A stretch of 27,127 nt of DNA from a virus (taxonomy: Duplodnaviria; Caudoviricetes). A model generated the notes under the pieces. It searched no databases. It saw only the letters and a list, made by a program, of their open reading frames with translations, and had not been told where the DNA came from. Positions within the stretch are counted from its first letter, which is position 1, and every line of letters starts with the position of its first letter. Of the stretch, positions 17,184 through 23,924 are shown one piece after another. The stretch is taken from positions 1 through 27,127 of the IMG/VR virus record IMGVR_UViG_3300048998_000208; one strand, given 5' to 3'. A program made the position numbers and the translations under genes.

Positions 17184-17581
17184 TGCGCTACCTCTTCCGC
17201 TTCCTGCTAAGCCTCGTGCTCGGCCTGGTGCTCACGAGCTGCACCGACGAGGCCTGGCACCCGCCGATGGTGCGGCCCGATACGGTCCGGGTGCCGGCCG
17301 GTACCACCATCGCCAAGCTCAAGGCCGGCACCGTTATCCTGCAGGCCGGCACCGGCAACGTGGCCACCACCGTTACCAAGGCCCGCGCGCCGGTGGCCAC
17401 CGGCATGAGCAAGGCCCAGGACTTCACCAGGGCCGGCCAGCACGGCGGCGGCTTGGCCACGGAGCCGGGCGCCACGGTTGATGTTACCAATCGTACCGGC
17501 ATCCCGCCCTGGCTCATTCTGGTTGGCTTGCTTGTCGTAGTGCTGATAGTATTTCGCAGGTGGCTGTTGCCGCTGCTATAG
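17183..17581 (+). CDS. Putative unimolecular spanin
   Basis: Lipobox LTS-C20, beta-rich middle region and C-terminal transmembrane helix (PWLILVGLLVVVLIVFRR); TGATG-coupled to the endolysin. Confidence 0.75.
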   Translation: MRYLFRFLLSLVLGLVLTSCTDEAWHPPMVRPDTVRVPAGTTIAKLKAGTVILQAGTGNVATTVTKARAPVATGMSKAQDFTRAGQHGGGLATEPGATVDVTNRTGIPPWLILVGLLVVVLIVFRRWLLPLL

Positions 17582-17623
17582 GTATCAGCGCGGGCCATCG
17601 CAGTTCTATCGCCAAGCCTCCCG

Positions 17624-17631
17624 TATCTTCG
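17624..17631 (+). promoter_or_regulatory. Bacteroidota housekeeping-type -7 box (TATCTTCG)
   Basis: One mismatch to TAnnTTTG; ends 5 nt before the predicted structured RNA. Confidence 0.5.
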
Positions 17632-17635
17632 CAAC

Positions 17636-17751
17636 GCAAACACTTCTGGGAACCCCAAAAAACCGATAGTTCTCGGCCGTCAGAATACGGCCGGGGAGTA
17701 GAGCGGCAGCGTGAGCCGTATGCTTTGGACTGTCGGTCCAGGAGTGTTTGC
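17636..17751 (+). ncRNA. Predicted multi-stem RNA (C4/CI-like antisense RNA or cis-regulatory leader)
   Basis: Nested helices 17636-49/17738-51, 17662-70/17729-37, 17672-80/17687-95 and 17703-07/17715-19; all non-Watson-Crick positions are G-U. Confidence 0.65.
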
Positions 17752-17782
17752 AGCGATTTCCCCGGCTTGCCCGACTGCTGCT

Positions 17783-18058
17783 ATGGCTAAGACTAAGAAT
17801 GCTCCCATCGGCTTCGGCCGCCTGGAAATGCCGGCTGATGCTGGTCATGCTCCCGAGCCGGACAGCTCACAGCCGCCCGAGAAAGAGTTAGCCCCGCCCC
17901 TGGTGGAGCCCATCTACGTCGACGACGTGGTGATGTACGAGTTCTTCCAGCGCTACAACCTCATGCCCCTGACGCCGGTCAGCAAGTTTGAATACCAACT
18001 GGTGCAGATTGCCGCAGCCCTGGAGAAGCGGGTTAGGGAACTCGACCACGATTTGTAG
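17783..18058 (+). CDS. Moron 1, hypothetical protein (91 aa, MAKTKNAP...)
   Basis: ATG after the structured leader; own terminator; upstream in-frame starts at 17711 and 17720 are possible. Confidence 0.65.
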   Translation: MAKTKNAPIGFGRLEMPADAGHAPEPDSSQPPEKELAPPLVEPIYVDDVVMYEFFQRYNLMPLTPVSKFEYQLVQIAAALEKRVRELDHDL

Positions 18059-18072
18059 CACCATGTTTTAAT

Positions 18073-18103
18073 AAGGCCCGGCCCACCAGCCGGGTCTTTT
18101 TTT
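18073..18103 (+). terminator. Intrinsic terminator after moron 1
   Basis: AAGGCCCGGC-ccacca-GCCGGGTCTTTTTTT. Confidence 0.88.
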
Positions 18104-18242
18104 GCACCCTGCCAGTCAGCAATTCCATCGTGCATGGAATCTGCGCTAACACACTCAAAAACAAGTCATTTTAACTTGACTTGTCGCTCATAGTGATACG
18201 TTCTTTGTCATACTAAAACAAACAAAGACAACGCCTTGCGCC

Positions 18243-18455
18243 ATGACTACCGCCCTGCACCACAAGATTCTCGCCAACTACCACGGCCGCTTGGCCGACC
18301 ACTTCAGCGATAATGGCAACCCGGAAGCGGCGGCGAATCACTACCAACAAGAAGCGTATCACATCGAGCAGCGGGAGGCGCACGGTGGGCACCTGGGCGG
18401 TCGCCAACTAAGCTTTGCCGCTGCCACAGCCTACGCCGCGAAATACGCCGCCTAA
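18243..18455 (+). CDS. Moron 2, His-rich hypothetical protein (70 aa)
   Basis: AT-rich promoter-like region upstream, A-rich leader, own terminator. Confidence 0.7.
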   Translation: MTTALHHKILANYHGRLADHFSDNGNPEAAANHYQQEAYHIEQREAHGGHLGGRQLSFAAATAYAAKYAA

Positions 18456-18473
18456 GCCCAGCAGTAACTACTG

Positions 18474-18501
18474 AGCCCCGCCTCACCAGCGGGGCTTTTT
18501 T
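18474..18501 (+). terminator. Intrinsic terminator after moron 2
   Basis: AGCCCCGC-ctcacca-GCGGGGCTTTTTT. Confidence 0.88.
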
Positions 18502-18503
18502 GT

Positions 18504-18538
18504 GTCCTTTTTCCCCGAGGCAGCCCCCGGCAACTTCG
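18504..18538 (+). promoter_or_regulatory. Putative late promoter copy 5 (GTCCTTT-N24-TTCG)
   Basis: GTCCTTT at 18504, TTCG at 18535, ATG at 18543; the 19-mer GCAACTTCGGGGCATGGAA is shared with copy 3. Confidence 0.78.
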
Positions 18539-18542
18539 GGGC

Positions 18543-19340
18543 ATGGAACACCTACAAATCGATTCCCGGCACTACCAGGTGCCCTCGGTGTGGAATGAGC
18601 TGACGGAGGCCCAGCTGCTCGCCGCGCTGGCCGTGCTGCACGGGCCGGAGCGGCCCCACTTTCGTCTGGAGCTGCTGGCCGTCCTGCTGGGCCAGTCCGT
18701 GGCCCAACTGCTGCGCGACGTGGCGCCGGTGGCCCTGGTGCAGCTGCTCGACCTGGGTAACTTCTTCTTCGCCGAGCAGTGCCGGCTCACGGCCCAGCTG
18801 CTGCCCGAGCTGCGGGTGAAGGGCCAGCGCTGGGCCGGCCCGCGCGCGAGCTTCCGCAACCTGCGCTTCGCCGAGTTCATCTTCGCCGATACCTACTTCG
18901 TCCACTATTGCGCCACCGGCGACGCCCCGGTGCTCGACAAGTTCCTGGCCGTGCTCTACCGGCCCGCGCGCCCGGACGCCGGGCCGCACCAGGTCGACTA
19001 CGACGGCGACCAGCGCGAGCCCTTCAACGAGCACCGCCTCGACTACCACGCCCAGCGCCTGCGCCGCCTGCCCCTCGACGTGAAGCGGGCCGTGCTCACC
19101 TGGTACCGGGGCTGCCGCGCGGAGCTGGCCGACGAATTCCCCGAGGTCTTCGCGCCCGGCAACCAGGAGGAGGCCGCCAAATCGGACTGGAGCCGGGTGC
19201 TGCGCAAGATGAGCGGCGGCGCCTTCGGGGCGATGGACCAGACCGCCAAACAACTCACCCGCACCATCCTGGCCGAAATCGAGGACAACATCCAAGACAG
19301 CGAGCGGGCGCGCCAACAGGCGCGGCGCTCTCATTCCTAA
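18543..19340 (+). CDS. Hypothetical protein of the tail operon (possible tail assembly chaperone)
   Basis: First gene of the tail operon; helical; strong GC3 bias; function is a guess. Confidence 0.7.
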   Translation: MEHLQIDSRHYQVPSVWNELTEAQLLAALAVLHGPERPHFRLELLAVLLGQSVAQLLRDVAPVALVQLLDLGNFFFAEQCRLTAQLLPELRVKGQRWAGPRASFRNLRFAEFIFADTYFVHYCATGDAPVLDKFLAVLYRPARPDAGPHQVDYDGDQREPFNEHRLDYHAQRLRRLPLDVKRAVLTWYRGCRAELADEFPEVFAPGNQEEAAKSDWSRVLRKMSGGAFGAMDQTAKQLTRTILAEIEDNIQDSERARQQARRSHS

Positions 19341-19346
19341 CTGCTT

Positions 19347-19892
19347 ATGCGTCATTCCGACTACACCGCCCTGTTCCGGGGCCTGGCCGAGCGCCACCAC
19401 CTGATTCGCCACCGGGCCGACTCGCCCCGCTTCGCCCGCATCGTCGTCAGCATCGACCCGCTCCAACGCGTGGTCGACCTGACGGAGATGCAGGAAACCC
19501 TGCTCGGCCGCTTCCTCAAGCCCAACGCCGGCGAGCAGGTGCTCGTGCTCGAGAGCTTTATGACCCAGTACGCCGACAACGGCGGCGACAACCGCACCCG
19601 CCGCCGCAAGGGCGCCTTCTTCGTGCTCGAGCAGGTGGCCAGTAAGCGCCCCGACGCTGTGGAGCTGGCCCTCGACCGCACGGAGCAGACCGCCGAGCAG
19701 GTGATGGCCGCCGTGCTGCACGCCTACGAGGACGATTTCAAGACCCGCTTCGAAGTCAACGGCTTCACCTGCGACCCGGTGGGGCCCATCGGCGACGGCA
19801 CTTGGTACGGCGCCCGCTTCGACTTCGACTGGACCGAGCCGGCCAATGCCGCCCTGGCCTACGCCCCTTCCGCCTTCACCCTTAACCCGTAA
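19347..19892 (+). CDS. Hypothetical tail protein (possible tail terminator/completion protein)
   Basis: 181 aa alpha/beta protein in the tail operon. Confidence 0.65.
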   Translation: MRHSDYTALFRGLAERHHLIRHRADSPRFARIVVSIDPLQRVVDLTEMQETLLGRFLKPNAGEQVLVLESFMTQYADNGGDNRTRRRKGAFFVLEQVASKRPDAVELALDRTEQTAEQVMAAVLHAYEDDFKTRFEVNGFTCDPVGPIGDGTWYGARFDFDWTEPANAALAYAPSAFTLNP

Positions 19893-19897
19893 GCCTC

Positions 19898-21964
19898 ATG
19901 GCCCGTTACGCGCAGCTGCAAATCTATTACCTCGGGGAGTCCTTCGGCCACAATCAGCGCATCACCTTCACCATCGGGGGCGTGCCTCTCACGCTCACCG
20001 CCCTGGAGGTGCCCGTTTCCGGGGGCAACTTCTTCTACCAGGACCCCACCACGACCTACGGCTACGGCATGGGCGCCGGCAACGCCGTGGCCTTCGCCGC
20101 GGCCATCCAGACCGCCCTGGCCGCTATCGGCCGCACCGACTTCGACGTGCAGGCCACCTTCACCCCGATGAACCCGGCCGGGGGCGGGCTGGCCAGCACC
20201 ACCATTACCATCAAGGCCCGGCAGTTCGGCGCCGGCTACAACTTTGTGCTGCCGACGCTGGACCCGCCGCAGCCCTACTTGTTTCTCGACACCTGGGACA
20301 ACCGCGACCCGCCCACGCTCACCCCCACCGTAACCATCGCCCGCTGCTTTGCCTCGGCCACCGGCAGCATCGCCGTCGCCGTGGCCGGCGGCGTGGGGCC
20401 GTACACCTACCTCTGGGACGACGGCACCACCACGGCCGACCGCATGCTCCTGCCGGCCGGCACCTACACGCTCACCGTCACCGACGCGGCCGTGGCCGGC
20501 CCGACGCCCGACCAGTTCGTCATTCCCGGCGTGCGGACCATTAGCATCGTGGTGGGCCAGAACCCGCGCCTCGACGTGCTGGTCACCAAGAACGACGGCG
20601 ACGTGGCACTGGCCGTGAGCGGGGGCACGCCTGGCTACGCCTACCGCTGGAGCGACGGCGCCACCACGGCCGCCCGCACCGGCCTGGCCGGCGGCACCTA
20701 CGTCTGCACCATCACCGACGCCCAGGGCTGCTACACCCAGGTGAGCGTCACGGTCGAGTCCTCCCGCTTTTACTTCGCCGGCAATCCCATTACCCTGGCC
20801 CTGGACGCCGGCCCGGCCTACCGCCTCGACCCGACCACCAAGCCAAACCTGTCGTTCGTGTGCGCCGTGCACGTGGAGGTCGACTACGGGAGCGGCACCT
20901 TCGTGCCGTTGGGCACGCTGCTCGAGCAGCCCGCCGACCGCGACGGCCGCACGCTCTTCGAGGTGCAGGCGCTGCTGGCCCCGTTCCTGGACTACCACGT
21001 GCCCGCGCCGGGCCAAACCGGCATCGCCCTGGCCACGCCCCTGTTCCGGCGCTTCTACCTGCAGTACTACGAGCAGTCCGGCGCGACGCCGGCACCCTCG
21101 GCCGTCATCACTCAGGCCCGGCACTACGTGGTGCTCGGCGGGCTGGACTTCTACGAAAGCCGCAGCAACACCTGGTTCGGCCAGTACCAGGCCGCCGTGA
21201 AGCCCTTCTTCACCTGGGAGCCCAACGACAAGCTCGTGGCCGCCGACCAGCCCGAGTTCCTCTACTTCATGGCCACCGGCGTCTTCTCGTTCCGGCGCTA
21301 CCAGGTCTTCTACGACGACGGCACCGCCGGCCCGGTCCAGACCCAGGGCACCATCGGCGGGCAGCGCTACGAGCTCTACTGCTGGGCCGTGGGCTTCGCG
21401 GCCCTGGGCCTAGCCGACGAGCCTACCCGCCGGGTGGTGAGCTGGACGGTGTGGCTGGACAGCGGCGCGGGCCCCCAGACGGAGGTGCGCCGCTTCGTGC
21501 TCGACCGCCGGCCGGTGCCCCAGCGGCGCTACCTGCTCTTTGCCACCAGCCTGGGCAGCATGGCCACCTGGGCCGTCACCGGCGAGGCCCAGTTCGAGGC
21601 CGAGGTCACCGGCGACCAGGCCGAGTACCCGCTGCCGCCGGGCTACGACCCCCAGCGCGGCGACGTGGTGGTGCAGGAGCGCTCCCTGCGGCCGGTGCTG
21701 AAGGTGGCCAGCGGCCTGCGCTCCCGCGCGCAGCTGGCCGGCGCCCAGGACCTGCTGCTGTCCCGGCGGGTGCTGCTGCTCCACGAGGGCCGCTGGCTGC
21801 CGGGCTACTTCAAGCCCAAGACGGTGCGCCTGGCCGACGACGGCAACGACCTGCCCACCCTGGAGCTGGAGTTCTACCTGCCGCGCCAGCAATTCTTCAC
21901 CCCCCACCTGCCCCTCGTGGCCGCCGGCCTGCCGGTGCCGGCCGCTACCATCAGTCTGCCATGA
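19898..21964 (+). CDS. Tail tip/distal protein containing SprB-like repeats
   Basis: CFASATGSIAVAVAGGVGPYTYLWDDG...LPAGTYTLTVTDA and VSGGTPGYAYRWSDG...LAGGTYVCTITDAQGC. Confidence 0.8.
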   Translation: MARYAQLQIYYLGESFGHNQRITFTIGGVPLTLTALEVPVSGGNFFYQDPTTTYGYGMGAGNAVAFAAAIQTALAAIGRTDFDVQATFTPMNPAGGGLASTTITIKARQFGAGYNFVLPTLDPPQPYLFLDTWDNRDPPTLTPTVTIARCFASATGSIAVAVAGGVGPYTYLWDDGTTTADRMLLPAGTYTLTVTDAAVAGPTPDQFVIPGVRTISIVVGQNPRLDVLVTKNDGDVALAVSGGTPGYAYRWSDGATTAARTGLAGGTYVCTITDAQGCYTQVSVTVESSRFYFAGNPITLALDAGPAYRLDPTTKPNLSFVCAVHVEVDYGSGTFVPLGTLLEQPADRDGRTLFEVQALLAPFLDYHVPAPGQTGIALATPLFRRFYLQYYEQSGATPAPSAVITQARHYVVLGGLDFYESRSNTWFGQYQAAVKPFFTWEPNDKLVAADQPEFLYFMATGVFSFRRYQVFYDDGTAGPVQTQGTIGGQRYELYCWAVGFAALGLADEPTRRVVSWTVWLDSGAGPQTEVRRFVLDRRPVPQRRYLLFATSLGSMATWAVTGEAQFEAEVTGDQAEYPLPPGYDPQRGDVVVQERSLRPVLKVASGLRSRAQLAGAQDLLLSRRVLLLHEGRWLPGYFKPKTVRLADDGNDLPTLELEFYLPRQQFFTPHLPLVAAGLPVPAATISLP

Positions 21965-23466
21965 TTGCCCTCCAAACCATTGCCACCGGCGCCTACCTGG
22001 ACCTGGCCAGCGCCAGCATCGGGGTGGAAATCAACAACCCGTTTTTCCACTTCGACAGCGTGCCGGGCATCATCACCTACCCGTTTAACCTGCCGGGCAC
22101 GCCCAACAACCTGCGCGCGCTCAACTTCCCGCACCTGCGGGCCGACCAGGGCGAGGTGCCGGCCCCCGAGCCGGTGGCCTTCTACGTCGACGGGCTGCTC
22201 TGGCGGGTGGGCCAATTGCTCTACCAGGAGTGGGACGGGGAAAAAAACCTGTTCCAATACCAGTTCTCGGCCGACGCGGCCGACCTGCAGAGCCAGGTCG
22301 AGGGCGTAACCCTGCGCACGCTGGACCTGGGCAGCGTGCCGCTGGAGCTGCGTCCGGACGCGGCCGACTACGCCCTGCCGCCGGTCCGCAACGCCGCCTT
22401 CTACGACCCGGCGAAAAACCCGGCCTACGGGGGCTACCTCAATTATTACGACACCGCTGGGCTGTATTCGCACAACGCCACCGGCCTGCTGCGGTTTGGA
22501 ATGACGCCCTTCCTGCGCCTGGTGCCGCTGCTGCGCCGGGTGCTGCAGGCGGCCGTGGGCTACACGATTAGTGGCCCCTGGATGGAGGACCCCGAGGTGC
22601 AGCAGCTGGTGCTCTACGGCGACCGGGCCGTCGACGGTCCCTTCGCCGACCCGCTGGCCGTCGTCTTCAACCGGCACGTGCCCGACCTGGGCGTGGGCGA
22701 GTTCCTGGTGGCGCTGCAGCAGTTCTTCTGCCTGGGCTACGTGTTCAACGCCCAGCGGCGCACGCTCCACATCCGCGCCCTGCGCGAGGTGGTGGCCGAC
22801 CAGGCCTACCAGGACCGCACGGCCGCCGGCCCGCCCCGCACCAAGCCCGCCGAGGACGGGGGCTACACCCTGAAAATGGCGCTGGCCGAGGACGACCAGA
22901 ACAACACGCTCGATACCGGCTGGGCCACGCTGCGGGTGGGCGGGGGCCAGGAAGTCATCGACGTAGCCGCCGGCACCCTGCGCGTGCAGGCAGAGGCCGA
23001 TGCGCTGAGCCTGCAGCAGGGCGGCAACCGGCAGTGGCTGGTGCCGACCATCGCGCATGCCGGCGTCTCGCCCGAGTTCGAGTTGGACGACGAAACGAGC
23101 GCCGGGCTGCTGCTGCTCTTCGACCGGGGCCTGTGCCCGGCAGCCGGCGGCGGGGCACCCTACCCGCTGGCCACCTGGGGAAGCACCGACGCAGCCGGCA
23201 CCCGCGTGGGCGAGTACGAGCTGCGCTGGGACGGCCCGCGCGGGCTCTACGCCGCCTGGCACCAGCCCTGGCTCGACTTCCTGCGCCGGGCCAGTAGTGA
23301 GGAGCGGCTCATGGCCTTCACCGTGGCCGACCTGCTGGCCCTGGACCCGGCCCGCAAGGAAATGGTGCTCAACCGCAAATACCTCTGGGAGAAAGTCTCC
23401 GTGAGCCTAAGTACTACCAAGCGCCTGGCTACGGCCCGGTTCACTTACCGTTCCATCAAGCTATGA
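21961..23466 (+). CDS. Putative tail tip/baseplate hub protein (501 aa, MIALQTIATG...)
   Basis: ATGA overlap gives a start at 21961; EINNPFF...TYPFNLP...N pattern typical of hub N-termini. Confidence 0.7.
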   Translation: MIALQTIATGAYLDLASASIGVEINNPFFHFDSVPGIITYPFNLPGTPNNLRALNFPHLRADQGEVPAPEPVAFYVDGLLWRVGQLLYQEWDGEKNLFQYQFSADAADLQSQVEGVTLRTLDLGSVPLELRPDAADYALPPVRNAAFYDPAKNPAYGGYLNYYDTAGLYSHNATGLLRFGMTPFLRLVPLLRRVLQAAVGYTISGPWMEDPEVQQLVLYGDRAVDGPFADPLAVVFNRHVPDLGVGEFLVALQQFFCLGYVFNAQRRTLHIRALREVVADQAYQDRTAAGPPRTKPAEDGGYTLKMALAEDDQNNTLDTGWATLRVGGGQEVIDVAAGTLRVQAEADALSLQQGGNRQWLVPTIAHAGVSPEFELDDETSAGLLLLFDRGLCPAAGGGAPYPLATWGSTDAAGTRVGEYELRWDGPRGLYAAWHQPWLDFLRRASSEERLMAFTVADLLALDPARKEMVLNRKYLWEKVSVSLSTTKRLATARFTYRSIKL

Positions 23467-23912
23467 CCGCCGATACTCCCTCGCAACTGGACGTGGCCCT
23501 GAAGTGGCTTGACATCACCGTCGAGCGCTTCGTGGGCAACATGCGCCAGCTCAAAATCCACGACTCCGGCGCCCTGTCGACGAGCTTTCGCAAGTTCGCC
23601 ACCGAGCTCGCCGACGGCGACGTGGTGAAGCTGCGCCTGAGCTACGCGCTCTATGGCAAGTTTGTCGACATGGGCGTGGGCCGGGGCATGGGCGCCGGTA
23701 TCACCAAAAAGGACGACGGCTACGACCGCATCCGCAACGGCCGGGGCCAGCTCAAGCGCCGCACCCGCAAGGCCCGGCCCTGGTACCGCAAGGAAATCGC
23801 CTTTCAGCTGCACCGCCTGGCCGAGCTGCAAACCGAACTCAAAGGCCAGGTCGTGCTCAGCACCATCGCCGACGCCCTGCCCACCGGCGAGGCGGTCACT
23901 ATCAACTTTTAA
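23463..23912 (+). CDS. Basic virion morphogenesis protein (HK97 gp10/tail completion-like)
   Basis: DSGALSTS, YGKFVDMGVG and ARPWY motifs. Confidence 0.65.
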   Translation: MTADTPSQLDVALKWLDITVERFVGNMRQLKIHDSGALSTSFRKFATELADGDVVKLRLSYALYGKFVDMGVGRGMGAGITKKDDGYDRIRNGRGQLKRRTRKARPWYRKEIAFQLHRLAELQTELKGQVVLSTIADALPTGEAVTINF

Positions 23913-23924
23913 GGTTAACCCCCA

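Noticed and set aside
17636-17751. tRNA call for the structured RNA
   Set aside because: No TTCRA T-loop, D-loop or 7-nt anticodon arm geometry; the stems are too long
20860-21960. N-terminal 367 aa of the 868-aa ORF 20860-23466
   Set aside because: Arg/Pro/Gly-rich off-frame overlap with the 19898 gene; the ATGA-coupled ATG at 21961 is the credible start. The same applies to the extensions from 386, 811, 2853 and 6685
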